A DNA stretch of 64,000 bases from Nannocystales bacterium (GTDB lineage Bacteria; Myxococcota_A; Polyangia; Nannocystales; Nannocystaceae): the NCBI GenBank assembly GCA_050633305.1, contig JBOEGF010000008.1, positions 1-64,000 of the forward strand. The letters are read 5' to 3'. The notes under the pieces were generated by a model. That model saw nothing but the letters and a program-made list of their open reading frames with translations. It was not told the origin of the DNA and did not search any database. The translations under genes were made by a program, and so were the position numbers. Shown here one piece after another: positions 1-11,000 of this stretch; within the stretch, counting starts at the first letter, position 1, and each line of letters begins with the position of its first letter.

Positions 1-146
1 CCGCACGGTCGCTCGCATTGATCGTGACCGGTGTGAGAGGACGCCCCATCTTTCGCGTTGATGCTGCCACACCAGTGCAACAGCTCGAAAACGTCGAAAT
101 TCCCCTAACTGCCACTTTTTCTCGACGTTACGGACTCAGGACACTA
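1..146 (-). mobile_element. Left end of a probable IS630-family insertion sequence (runs off the window)
   Basis: The minus strand reads TA|GTGTCCTGAGTCC (146-132), resembling IS630 termini with a TA target. An ATG at 49 then gives MGRPLTPVTINASDRA..., like IS630 transposase N-termini (GRP...L.L...ER). Only 16 codons are visible. Confidence 0.55.
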
Positions 147-180
147 GAGGACCGAGATATGGCTTACCAGGCTCACCTGC

Positions 181-3100
181 TCACCTCAGTTCGATGCGCC
201 CGATTAGGAGCGCACTCGACCAAACGACGTCGGGATCGCGCTCAAGCTCCGCGAGGGCAGAGATCGGGACGGGAGAATCGCCGAACGACTGGCTCACCAG
301 AGTTTCATCGGTAACGGCAGCAGCCAGGACCTCCCAGCTTCCATCCGCCAGTCCTAGCTCCGCCTGCACGCTCAGCGCGTGCTGCACCAACCACTCCGCG
401 CGACGACGGTGGTTCTTGAGCTTGCGGTGCAGCTTGGGAAGCTGGTTCGCAATGTCGGCCGCCGCGAGTGCGAGGTGCACGTCCTTGCACTCAACTGCCA
501 GGAGGCGTCGTTGCGCGTGGTCAACAACCAGCACGTCAACGTCGCCGAGGTCTCCATGGCTGTCTTCAAGCCTCTCCGCACCGAACTTGATTGCCCGTCT
601 TCGCGTCTGGAATCCTCGAGCGTCAAACCAGTCCGCAACCTCGTCGTTGAAGCGCTCGTGCTTTTCTTGAGCAATCGCAGTAATACAACGCTTGAGGTCG
701 CCCTCAGGACTGGCGCGAAGACGCCCCTCTGTGATGAGGACGAGGAGATGCCGCCACGCGCGGCTGAGGTTCCGGGGCCCCCAGACGAGCCACTGCTCGT
801 CGCCTTCCTCTCGCATCACGAGTGGGCGTCGAAGGTAGGAAAGCTCCCTGTTGAAGCGCCAAGGAAGCACATGCAACAATTCGAGCGAACCGGTGTCTTC
901 GAACGATGTGCGCTCTTCGAGGGTCATCGCACGGAGCACGCGCTCGACGTCCGAGCGCTCCCAGCCCGTGGCGTCCTCGACGGAAGCCACGACCTCCGAA
1001 CGGGGACTCGATACGAACGCCCGGTTCCCAGCCATCGCCAACCTGAGGAGCGCCGCAGTAGCATCGCCAAATTCGTCCAAGGAATATCCGAACTCGTCAC
1101 GGAGAAGAGGCTGAATCCCACTCCACCAACTCGGGGTTTCTGCACCTTCGTCTCGATTGGGCGCTGGCAGTCGCTCGACTGCCGTGGCTCCCGTCAAGGC
1201 ACGCCGACGGTGGGCCTCTTCGTAGATCTCCTTCAGCCGCGCCCTGTCCATCCCGAGCCGACCGGAGGGAAGGAGGGAGGGCTCAAGGTCGACGAGGTTG
1301 CGGCCGGCGACATTTGAGAGCATTCCGTAGTTGGAGACCATGCTGGCCAGAGCCACCAACTCGTTGAGACGCGTCCGCGTTAGCGCTCGATCCCCGGTGG
1401 GCGGAGTCGAAGCGACGTACTCGATCAAGAAACGCCCGGCCACGGCTGTCTGAGCCAGGCGAGGCGTGGAGTCCGAAACAAACTCGACGAACGACGCCTT
1501 GTCGCGCGCGACGGCTTCCTGGGAAGGTAGCGTCCGCTCCCGCCAAGCGGTGTCGCGAACGATGGCCTCGTGCTCCGCGACCAGGGTCTCGAGCAACCCA
1601 CGCGGCGAGGTCGCTGCCACTTCCTCCTGGAGGCGGCCGAAGAAGAACTCCATCGCGGCACTGAGAATCCCCGGGTCTGGGACCCCCACCGTGAACTTGC
1701 CCGACTCACGCAGATGCGCTCCCAGGTCATCGAGAAGCCGCTCCGCAACGTCTTCTCGTACGGGTTTCGGACGAGGGAGTCCGGTCGGATCGAGCTCGAG
1801 GTCATGCGTGTCGACGCTGACGTGGAGGTGCTTCTTTGGGCCGAGAGGTGCGACCGCTTCCAGCACGTCGGACACCTTCTGCTCGGCAGCAGGTTCTCCG
1901 TCGCTCGCCATCAGCGCCCTATAGAGTTGGGCCGCTAGGTGGCGCGCTCCCACGTTCGTCATCGTCGCGAACGGAGCCATCGAGCGAATCTCAACAGCGA
2001 CTCGACCGCTGTGGCGCTCCACCCGGACCGCTTCTGTTGCGTTGACGCCCTCGTGCAAGCTGTCTTCGTCCTTCGAGGCTGTGCAGGCGACGTCGATGAT
2101 CAGCACCGGATGTTCTTCGCGTTCGGCAGCAAGCTTCGTCCCGACGTGTTCGGAAAGCTCGCCAACCCAAAAGGCCACGGCGTCCGCAACGGATCGATCA
2201 ACTGCACCATCTGATGGAGTTCGAATCCACACCGGGACACCGGCTTCCACCGCGCGAAGGCTCCGCCAGTCGTCGTCCTCGACGCCGATGAAAGTCAGCG
2301 ACCGCGAGGTCGCAGTCGCGGATACGACCTCCACGGCTCGGGGTTCCGTGGGGTGCTGAATCCCGTGGCGGCGACGGTCCTGAGCAACTCGGCAACGGAA
2401 GTCCGAGGCGTAGCATGGCGAGACCCACACAAAGTTCGGCGGCTGTTCGTCGCCAAGATAGAAGCTGTTCTTGTGGTCGCAATACAGCGCCCACAGGTCA
2501 AGTGAAGTCGACATCGACGGCGTCGAAACTGCGTCTTCGAAGCGGTCCAAGGCGCCCGCGTAGTACCAGAAGCCGAGAGGATCCACGGGCCCCCCGTACA
2601 CGGCGGTCTCAAGGTCCTGGAGGCAGAAAGCCAAGCGCCGCTCCGCCAAGCCTTCGAACGCAACCCGTGCGAGCCCGAAAGGCAGGAAGAGCCGTTGGTA
2701 GAGGACTACAAGTAGGACTTCTCGGTCGTCCTCGACCGCCGAAAGTTTCGCCTCCAAGACTGCACGCAGGTTGTCCGGCAATGGCGGGCCGATCCCCGAC
2801 TCGGTGAGCAGGGCAACATAGAGCACTTTGTCGCTGTCGATCTCAACGCCCCAACCCGTGAAGAGCCAGCCATCCCCGTCTGAGATGGGCGGGAAGCGCG
2901 AGGGCGTCGTGCCGCAGATCATGGGAGCGTAGGCCGACAGCCATCGTCGACAGGCCGAGTGGAACCGCTTGGCGAGGTCCGGTTGAAGCTCACCCGCATC
3001 ACGAAGGAGGTGCAGGAACACCGATCGAAGGAGGCAGTGCGGAGCGCCGACGATGTAGATATCCCCGGCACGGATCAAGGGACGAGATGCAAGTGGACCA

Positions 3101-3846
3101 TCCTCGCCAGAGAAGTCTGCCTCGGGTCGAGCACCGAAATCCTGCACAAGCGGCTCGATGTCTGACAGCGCGGCGCCGAAGGAGGCGCAGAGCGACGCGA
3201 GTTCGTCGGCACGAAACCGTACCGCATGGCGCAGCCGCCCCAGCACCTTTCCATCCGGGATCTCGACGCCATCAGCCCCTAGTTCGGGAGAGCAACCTGC
3301 TGGTAGCTCCGCCCGTTTCGCGATCTCGGTGGAGAGGGCTGCAACGGAGAGGAGAAGCCCCCGGACCCGCTGTAGTTGTTCGGGTAGGTCGGGGTCCTCC
3401 AACGCAGACGACAGCTTCCGAGAGCTGAAAACGTCCTCGGGGGCGAGGCCAGGTAGCAGCCGAACGTCATGGCCGAACACCACTGCCCCCTCGACCATGG
3501 GACCATCAAAGGGGTCCTCGTTGCGAACAACCTCGGGCAGGCTCGCCGACACTCTGGCCAAGAGCGCGCGGAACCGGGACGGTGTCAGTTTCGTCTTCTT
3601 GGGCTGTCCCTTCGCCTTCTTGCGACTCTTGTTCTCCGACTTCCTCTCGGTCGGCCTCCCGGTCGCGGCGAGCTCCACCGTTGCTTCCAGCCGGAGTACC
3701 CGGGAGCTATTGCGCGGGTATAGGCTCAGCGCCGCGGCCCCCGTCAACACGTCAACGCGACCGTAAGGCACGAATGCCCTGCGCAGTCTCACGCCCGGAC
3801 CCATGCCTGCCTTTCGGGCTCGCAATCCCAGCCTCGCGGACCCCAC
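181..3846 (-). CDS. Large hypothetical protein with C-terminal PD-(D/E)XK nuclease-like domain
   Basis: 1221-aa ORF. The C-terminus has E...GDVDVLVVD...LLAVECKD, the D-x(n)-E-x-K restriction-endonuclease-like motif. It abuts the methyltransferase stop at 3847. The start codon is uncertain and may lie further downstream. Confidence 0.7.
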   Translation of the reverse strand: MGSARLGLRARKAGMGPGVRLRRAFVPYGRVDVLTGAAALSLYPRNSSRVLRLEATVELAATGRPTERKSENKSRKKAKGQPKKTKLTPSRFRALLARVSASLPEVVRNEDPFDGPMVEGAVVFGHDVRLLPGLAPEDVFSSRKLSSALEDPDLPEQLQRVRGLLLSVAALSTEIAKRAELPAGCSPELGADGVEIPDGKVLGRLRHAVRFRADELASLCASFGAALSDIEPLVQDFGARPEADFSGEDGPLASRPLIRAGDIYIVGAPHCLLRSVFLHLLRDAGELQPDLAKRFHSACRRWLSAYAPMICGTTPSRFPPISDGDGWLFTGWGVEIDSDKVLYVALLTESGIGPPLPDNLRAVLEAKLSAVEDDREVLLVVLYQRLFLPFGLARVAFEGLAERRLAFCLQDLETAVYGGPVDPLGFWYYAGALDRFEDAVSTPSMSTSLDLWALYCDHKNSFYLGDEQPPNFVWVSPCYASDFRCRVAQDRRRHGIQHPTEPRAVEVVSATATSRSLTFIGVEDDDWRSLRAVEAGVPVWIRTPSDGAVDRSVADAVAFWVGELSEHVGTKLAAEREEHPVLIIDVACTASKDEDSLHEGVNATEAVRVERHSGRVAVEIRSMAPFATMTNVGARHLAAQLYRALMASDGEPAAEQKVSDVLEAVAPLGPKKHLHVSVDTHDLELDPTGLPRPKPVREDVAERLLDDLGAHLRESGKFTVGVPDPGILSAAMEFFFGRLQEEVAATSPRGLLETLVAEHEAIVRDTAWRERTLPSQEAVARDKASFVEFVSDSTPRLAQTAVAGRFLIEYVASTPPTGDRALTRTRLNELVALASMVSNYGMLSNVAGRNLVDLEPSLLPSGRLGMDRARLKEIYEEAHRRRALTGATAVERLPAPNRDEGAETPSWWSGIQPLLRDEFGYSLDEFGDATAALLRLAMAGNRAFVSSPRSEVVASVEDATGWERSDVERVLRAMTLEERTSFEDTGSLELLHVLPWRFNRELSYLRRPLVMREEGDEQWLVWGPRNLSRAWRHLLVLITEGRLRASPEGDLKRCITAIAQEKHERFNDEVADWFDARGFQTRRRAIKFGAERLEDSHGDLGDVDVLVVDHAQRRLLAVECKDVHLALAAADIANQLPKLHRKLKNHRRRAEWLVQHALSVQAELGLADGSWEVLAAAVTDETLVSQSFGDSPVPISALAELERDPDVVWSSALLIGRIELR

Positions 3847-6800
3847 CTATGCTCGCGAACTCGCACTTGCCTCTTCCTTCGCGCGTTGTTCGTTGAGGGC
3901 GAAGAGGAAGTCGAGGACTTCGTCTTCGAAGCGTTCGAGGGTGGTGGAGTCGGCGCCGCAGTAGGGCGGGACTTCGATGTGGGACTGGCCGTAGGCGTCC
4001 AGGACGGCGCGGTCGAGTTGCTCGTGGAGTTGGCGGAGGTGGAGGATCCGCGGGTCGGTGTTCTCGGGGTCCTTGAGGGCGTTGTAGGTCTTGGTCAGGC
4101 CCTGGTCGGTATCGACCATGAAGGTTGCGCGGGTCTCATAGAGTTCGGTGGCGATGGCTTCGAGAGGTGCGTCCGAGGCGAGGGTGGGTTCCGATGGGAA
4201 TGGGAAGGTCTCGAAGCAGTCGGAGGGGCTGTAGTTGAGGTCTGATCTCATGGTGGAGGAAAGCGCCCAGGCCCAAACACTGTGCACTCGCGACTGCAGC
4301 GTGCCCATGGATGCGCGATCTTCGAACGGAAACACCGCCAGCTTGCTCGAAAAAACTTGCTCCGTCGCAAGAAACGAGAAGACGGAGTGTTTGCTGACAA
4401 GCGAGCACGCCAGGCACCGCTCTAGCGGCGCGATGGCGCGGTATAAGCCGTGCGCCTGCTCGCCAAATTTCCACCAGTATTTGCGCCGAATCTCCCGCTT
4501 GTTCTTGTCACGTTCGGGCTTCACCTTGTTGCGCAAGAGTTCAACCAATTCCGGCCAACGATGAGCCTCTGCAAGTGACATGTCGCCCATGTCGATGACG
4601 TGTCGATGATGGCTATGGGTAGGACTTGAGTTTAGTTCTTCGCCGCCCAGGTACGGAAAGATCCGCTCAGCATTTCGCGGGTCTCTGACGACAAGTTCTT
4701 CGCGTTGTTCGGGGCTGAGTACGAACCCCTTGCCGAGCACGTAGCTCCCGATGAAGCTCTTCCCGGCGTTCGCTCTCAGGGCGACGGGGTCCGGCCGTTC
4801 GGGCTTGCCGCGCAGCCGGCTGTTTACCGCCTCGGCGTTGTGCCCATCCAACGAACAGCTCAGACCACTGTGCGCCGCAGTTCCCACCGCTGCATGCACC
4901 ACGGCCACCGTCACTTTCGCCCCCCGAACCGGCCACTTCATACTCCGCGTCGCGCTGTAGATCTTTGCCCCCGCCGCCACCATCGGCTGAAGCCCACTAC
5001 TCCGCGTATCCCCCTGCCCGATCGTATTCGTCGCGATCAACCCCAGCGTCCCGTGCTCCCCGAGCATCCAGTGCGCCCGCCGAAAGAAGTACGCCGAAAG
5101 ATCCGCGTTCCCATGGCTCGGCTCGTAATGCCCCCCGAGCCAATCCAGATACACCGGCCCATTCGCCCCCGTGATGTTGTTCTTCCCCGCAAACGGCGGA
5201 TTCCCAACCACCGCATCCATCCAAACCGCACTCCCCTCCACCCCCACCGCCAGCGGATCCACCCGAGCATCATCAAACACCTCGGGGAACTCCAAATGCC
5301 AGTGAAACGGCCGAATCCCCTCCCTCACCAACGCCCGCCGCCGCTCCAACTCCTCCGGCATCGGCTGCCGCCCACCGGCCTGCAACCAGATCTCAATCTG
5401 ATCCCGAACCCGCCGCAAACACCCCCGGCGCGCCTTGTCCGAAGGCTTCTTCCCCACGAACAAGAACTCCGGCACCAGCTTCTCGTCATCCGGCCAGAAG
5501 AACGCCGAGACCAGCACATCCGCCACATCCCGCAGCCGCTCCAGCTCCCGCTCCGCGTCCAGATACAGCCGGTGCTGCTCCGCCTCCGTCACCCCTTCGT
5601 CTCCGCGCCGGGATAGCTCCGCCAGCTTCCGCCGCGCGATCGCAGCCTTGTCGAATGCTCGCCGCGTCTGCTCCGCGAACATCTCCACCTGCTTCTCCGG
5701 CGCCTTCGCCTTCTTCCCCCGCTTCTTCTTCGCAGGAGTCGCCTTCGGCCGCTCCCAGTCCATTGCCAGCATCTGCGCCTTGTCCAGCCCCACCAGGCTG
5801 TCCCCCGCCTTCAGGCAGTGGTCCAAAAACGCAAACGTCTGCCCCTTCGACAGCGTCAGCAGCCATAGCGACAGCTTCCCCAGCTCCACCGCCAGCGGGT
5901 TCTTGTCGACTCCATACAGGCACTGCTGCGCCACCATCCGCTGCGCCAGCCGCTGCGGATCCCGCACCACCACATCGTCCCCGCCCCCAGCCTCCGCCTC
6001 GCGCAGCATCTTCGCCAGCGTCCCCTCGCGCACCCAGGCCGCGTGCACCTGCTTCGCCAAGAACCGGCAAGCCTCCACCAAGAACGCCCCCGACCCCATC
6101 GCCGGGTCGCACACCTTCAGGCTCAGCAGCGCTTCCGCACTCGGCTGCGGATCTTCCAGCCCAGGATCTTCTTCTTTCGCCTTTGCTCGCATCGCCGCCA
6201 GCAGCGGCTCCAGCGTGCGCGCCACGATCGGCCCCGACAGCGACACCGGCGTGTAGTGGCTGCTCGTCCGGCGCCGCTCCTGGCCCGGCTGGATCACCAG
6301 CCGCCCCGCCGCCACCTCTGCCCCCGAGTCCACCGCCGAGTCCCGCTTCCCCGCCACGCTCTCCGCCCGCAGCACCTCCATCGCCGCCTCCAGCAGCGGC
6401 TCCCCGTCTTCGTGCTCCTTCACCGCCGCGTCCAGACCCTTCACGATCCGCTTCGCCGCCGCCGTCGCCACCCCTTCGTCCTTCAGCCATCTCTGCCGTG
6501 TCGCCTTCGGCAGGTCCAGCACCTCGTGCGGGCTCACCCACACTCGGGCCGGCCGCAGGCACACCGACGGCGCTGCTCTACGCTCCACCTCGAAGCCCAT
6601 CATGCTCTCGTACACCCCGCCGAGCTGCTCCTCCGCCAGCGCCGAGTAGCTCAGCCGTTGCCCGTCCAGATACAGCAGCCGACGCAGCACCCGATACACC
6701 ACCCCGTCGGACACGCTCGGCACCCGCTGCGCGCTGCGCTGCTCACCGCTGAGCGCCACCGCCACCCCGTCCGTCGGTGGCCCCTCCAGGAATGCATACG

Positions 6801-7980
6801 CCTCTGGGTTGAACAGCCGCCCTCGGTGCGGCGGCATCCGCAGTGACCCCTGCTCTACCCCGAAGTACAGCGCCCGAAACAGCACCACCAGCCGCGACCA
6901 CGCCCCGAAGCGCTGCTCCATCGTGTCCGCGTACACATCCGCGTCCGCTGCCAGCTCGTCGTACAGCCCGCCCACGCTCAGGTGCGCCGCGTACAGCGAA
7001 TGCTCGCTCGGCACCAGCCCCCGGTCTTCCGCCGCCAGCGCAAACACCAGCCGCAGCATCACCGTCAGCAGCCCTTCGTAGACATGGTTGCCCTCCTGCT
7101 CCAGCGCGTACCGAAGCGTCCCGAAGTTGTCGCGACGCTCCGCCACCTCGAACCCTTCGAGAAGGATCTGCAGCCCCTCCACCAGCTGCGCCCCCAGCTG
7201 CGTTGTCACGTCCGCTTGGCGCTCCCGGCTGCCCTCCAGCAGCTCCAGCGTTGTCGGCGTGCCCGGCATCCCGCCCAGCACCCGCTCCGGCCCCAGCAGC
7301 ATCTGCACCGCGCTGAGCATGTCGCGCCCCGCCGGCGTCGCCATGTACCCCACCGGGAAGCTGATCCATCCCGTCGCTGCCCCCGCCGGGCAGTAGAACA
7401 ACCGCAGCGTCGTCCCGTTGCTCAACAGCCCAATCGGCACCCGAGTCTCTCGGAGCAGGCGTTCGAACTTCGCCGCCGGCGGGTAGTGCCACTGCGTCGT
7501 CTCGCTCTCCGCCCGGTCCAGCTCCAGCCCCTGGGGGACCTCCCAGATCAGCATCTGGTACTCCGCCCCCGCCCGGATCGCCGGCGTCTGCTCCCCCGCC
7601 ACCGTCTCCGCCGTCGCAGCCTCCGCGGCCTCCGTCTCGGGCTCCGGCTCGCTCGAGACCCCATACCGAACCGCTGCCAGCGGACGCAGCTCCGTCCCCT
7701 CCTCCGCGATCCGCAGCACCAGATCGTCCGGCAGCGACTCCCCCGTCTCCAGCTCCTCGTCCGCCCACTCCCACACCTCCCGCATCAGCGCCAGCACGTC
7801 CGCCACCGCGGCCCCGTCCTCCCGCCCCACGTGCTCCACGAACACCGACGCTCGCCCCACGCTCAAGCGGTTCATCACCCCCCCGTCGCAGAGCACCGGG
7901 ACCGAGAAGGTCAGGCCTTCGAGCGGCTGGGATTCACCCAGCCACGTCTCATGAAACTGTCGTTCGACGTCGCGTGCCAT
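3847..7980 (-). CDS. drmMI: N6-adenine DNA methyltransferase, type IIG/Eco57I-like (DISARM DrmMI-like)
   Basis: Motifs SHYTP, DPAMGSGAFL (motif I), LYGVDKNPLAVEL, PFHWHLEFPEVF and GNPPF (motif IV). The C-terminal TRD-like region ends in YSPSDCFETFPFP and GLTKTYN. It lies directly downstream of drmD. Confidence 0.85.
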   Translation of the reverse strand: MARDVERQFHETWLGESQPLEGLTFSVPVLCDGGVMNRLSVGRASVFVEHVGREDGAAVADVLALMREVWEWADEELETGESLPDDLVLRIAEEGTELRPLAAVRYGVSSEPEPETEAAEAATAETVAGEQTPAIRAGAEYQMLIWEVPQGLELDRAESETTQWHYPPAAKFERLLRETRVPIGLLSNGTTLRLFYCPAGAATGWISFPVGYMATPAGRDMLSAVQMLLGPERVLGGMPGTPTTLELLEGSRERQADVTTQLGAQLVEGLQILLEGFEVAERRDNFGTLRYALEQEGNHVYEGLLTVMLRLVFALAAEDRGLVPSEHSLYAAHLSVGGLYDELAADADVYADTMEQRFGAWSRLVVLFRALYFGVEQGSLRMPPHRGRLFNPEAYAFLEGPPTDGVAVALSGEQRSAQRVPSVSDGVVYRVLRRLLYLDGQRLSYSALAEEQLGGVYESMMGFEVERRAAPSVCLRPARVWVSPHEVLDLPKATRQRWLKDEGVATAAAKRIVKGLDAAVKEHEDGEPLLEAAMEVLRAESVAGKRDSAVDSGAEVAAGRLVIQPGQERRRTSSHYTPVSLSGPIVARTLEPLLAAMRAKAKEEDPGLEDPQPSAEALLSLKVCDPAMGSGAFLVEACRFLAKQVHAAWVREGTLAKMLREAEAGGGDDVVVRDPQRLAQRMVAQQCLYGVDKNPLAVELGKLSLWLLTLSKGQTFAFLDHCLKAGDSLVGLDKAQMLAMDWERPKATPAKKKRGKKAKAPEKQVEMFAEQTRRAFDKAAIARRKLAELSRRGDEGVTEAEQHRLYLDAERELERLRDVADVLVSAFFWPDDEKLVPEFLFVGKKPSDKARRGCLRRVRDQIEIWLQAGGRQPMPEELERRRALVREGIRPFHWHLEFPEVFDDARVDPLAVGVEGSAVWMDAVVGNPPFAGKNNITGANGPVYLDWLGGHYEPSHGNADLSAYFFRRAHWMLGEHGTLGLIATNTIGQGDTRSSGLQPMVAAGAKIYSATRSMKWPVRGAKVTVAVVHAAVGTAAHSGLSCSLDGHNAEAVNSRLRGKPERPDPVALRANAGKSFIGSYVLGKGFVLSPEQREELVVRDPRNAERIFPYLGGEELNSSPTHSHHRHVIDMGDMSLAEAHRWPELVELLRNKVKPERDKNKREIRRKYWWKFGEQAHGLYRAIAPLERCLACSLVSKHSVFSFLATEQVFSSKLAVFPFEDRASMGTLQSRVHSVWAWALSSTMRSDLNYSPSDCFETFPFPSEPTLASDAPLEAIATELYETRATFMVDTDQGLTKTYNALKDPENTDPRILHLRQLHEQLDRAVLDAYGQSHIEVPPYCGADSTTLERFEDEVLDFLFALNEQRAKEEASASSRA

Positions 7981-8005
7981 CGTTAGCGTCCGCTCCTGGA
8001 CTGGA

Positions 8006-11000
8006 TCATCGGGTCTCCGGCACCAGGTACACCAGACCCACCGCTTCGATGCGGCGGGTCAGCACCGAGTAGTGCGCGCGCAAGGCCTCGGGTTCGCTCG
8101 ACAGCTCTGTCTGGAGCGCGTCGAGCCGGCCTTGCATGTGGTTGCGGTCGAGTCGGCGCTGCCGGCCCTCGCTCGTCTGCGCTTCGCTCAGCGCCTCGTC
8201 GCGCCCCAGCGCCGCATGGATCTTCGTTCGCTGCGCTTCCAGGATCCCCGCCAGCTGCTCCGCCTCCCGGGCACCCCGGTCGTCCAACAGCCGCTCCAGC
8301 TCCTGCGCGTCGTCCTCCGCTGCTGCGCGAAGCACCGGCCACAGCGACGCAACATCGTCACGGATCCGCTCCAGCCGAGGCCGCGTGAAGCCCTCGCTCG
8401 GGTTCCAGCCCGCGTCCGGATCGCGCAGCGCCGCCCGCATCTGCTCCAAGCTCTGGCGCGCCGCATTGCCCGTCACCACGCTCGGCGGCTTGCCCTCGCG
8501 CACGTCCGCCACCACCTCCACCAGCCCGTCGTGCAGCCGCGTGGCGCCCGCGCCAAACAGACTCATCCGGCCCAGCAGCACCACCCGCTCCCGCGTGCCC
8601 TCGTAGCGCAGCAGACACGCCCGCTGCAGATCGTGCGCCGCGTAGCCCTGCGCCGTAAACCGGCGGAGTGCTCGGCGGACCACCGGGTGCTCCAGATGCA
8701 GCTGCACCACCTCGTCCGTCATCCGCTGCAGCGGCTCGAACACCACCGGGCGCGGCGTACACTTTTGTCGCCACTCCCACCAGCTCAGCTCCCGAGGCTT
8801 GGGCGCGCGCAGCGGGTCCAGCGTGCGGGACCACTCCGGCGGCAGCTTCGGCAATGCGTAGTGCTGCGCTTCTTTCGGGTGCTGCGGGTCTCGCCCAAGG
8901 TCCGTCGGCTCGAAGCCACCCTCCGAGCCCGACAGCGCCATCGCCTTCTCCACCGTCGACTGCAGCCCCTGCGCGTCTGGCTCGAAGAACCGGCGCGAGC
9001 GCTCGTAACAATCCCCCGCCGCCTCGATCTCCGCCCGGATCTTCGCCACGTCCGTGCGCGTCGCCTCCATCTCCGACACCACCGCCGCCGCCTCGTCCGC
9101 GTCCCCTTCCGCCGCCAGCTCCAGCCGGCCCTGCGTCTGCCCGTCGATCCCGTACGGCTCCAGCGCCTCTTCGATCCGATCGAGCACCACCGCCGACAGC
9201 GACCCCAGCTCCCGGTGGATCCGGTCCACCTTCTCCACCACCACCTGCAGCACCCGGTCTTCCGTGCGCTGCGGGTACGCGAAGTACATGCACCGCACCT
9301 GCGGCGAGGGCTGCAGCGTCCGGTCGATCCGCCCGTTGCGCTGCTCCAGCCGGCCCGGGTTCCACGGGATGTCGTAGTGCAGCAGGTCCGCGCAGTACGC
9401 CTGCAGGTTCACACCCTCGCGTGCCGCGTCGGTCGCCACCAAGATCCGCACCGGATCCGAGGCTGGGTGCGTGTTGAACCGCGCCTGGAGCTCCCGGCGC
9501 TGGTCATCCGACATCGCCCCGTGGAACGACGCCACCGCGCTGCGCTCCGGGTCTTGGTCCTCGGGCAGCGCCGCCCGCAGCATCTTGAGGATGTAGCGCG
9601 CCGTGTCGGCGTACTCCGTGAAGATGATCAGGCGCTGGTCCGACCACTGCGTCGACGCGCCCTTCTCCGTCGGGAGCCACTGTGCGCCTGCGGCGGGGCA
9701 CTGATTGTGTTGGATCCAATCCAGCAGCGCCAAGATCTTCGCCTCTGGCCGCCGGTCCGACGAGCGGCACAGCGACGCCATCGTCTCCAGGAGGGTCTCC
9801 GCTCGGGCCCGCGAAGACTCTGCGGGGGCGACCGCGCGCCCCACCTGGGCCAGCACCGCGTCGTCCAGTTCGTGGGCCGTCGTGCCCCCGTCGTCATCCC
9901 CCGCGACGATTTCCCCAAGCGCGTCGGGCTCCGAGCGCTCCTCCTCCGGCATCTGCTCCAGCAGCCGGGGGCTCGTGCGATCCATGTGCACCCGCAGCGT
10001 GCGCTCGAACGCCGGGACCGAGGACAGCAGCCGCTTCTGCAGCCCGATGAACACCTGCCGGTCTCGCTTGGCGCTCGGCGAGCACAGGGCCGTGTACTCC
10101 GCGAGCAGCTCCGACAGCTCGAGCTCCGGGGAGCTGTGCTCCCCCAGTGGGCGCGAGCTGTCCGTCTCTCCGCCCAGCTCCCGGCGCGTCAGAGCCCACG
10201 CCTCCTGCTCCCGAGCCAGCGAAAGCTCCACCAGCACCCGCTGCGGGAACTGCAGCGTGCTCACCCCTTTGAGGTCTCGCTTGAGGCGCCGCACCATCAC
10301 CGCGTCGAGCGCTTCGCGGCCCTCGACCGGAACCCCGCGCGTGAACCGGGTCGGATCCAGCAGCTCGAGCAGCGCCGAGAAGCTGTTGCTGTGCCCGTTG
10401 TGCGGCGTCGCCGACAGGAACAACCGGTTCTCGAAGGCCGGCGTGATCCGACGCGCCAGCTTGGTGAGCTGCGAGTCGACCGCATAGCGTCGCTGGTTGC
10501 TCGCCGGTGCCACCGTGTGCGCCTCGTCGAGCACCAACATGCTCTTGGGCAGCTTCCCCGACGGCAGGTCACTCCAAAGCTGCAGCAGGCTTTCCTGATA
10601 CTCCGGCCGCCGCAGCGTCTGGTACGAGACCACGAACCGCCGCCCGCACGACCACGGGTTGGTGTTCGCCCCGCGCTCCCGACGGATCCGCGCCATGTGC
10701 TCGCGGTTCATGATCTCGAACCGCAGCCCGAACCGCCGCTCCATCTCTCCCTGCCATTGCAGGCAAATCGATGCCGGGCACACGATGAGGACCGTCTCCA
10801 GCCGCTGGCGCAGCAGGAGTTCCTGCAGGATCAACCCCGCCTCGATCGTCTTGCCCAGGCCCACGTCGTCGGCGATGAACAGGTTGGCCCGCGGCAGCGA
10901 CAGTGCCTTCTGCAACGGCACCAGCTGATGCTGCATCACCGCGATGCCGGCGCGGAACGGAGCCTGTACCCGCTCGTCGTCTGGGCGAGTTGCCGTGGTC

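Noticed and set aside
109..147. Plus-strand ...TDSGH* as the C-terminus of an IS630 transposase (right end)
   Set aside because: That frame has stops at 19, 25, 34 and 106. The minus-strand MGRP start fits a left end better.
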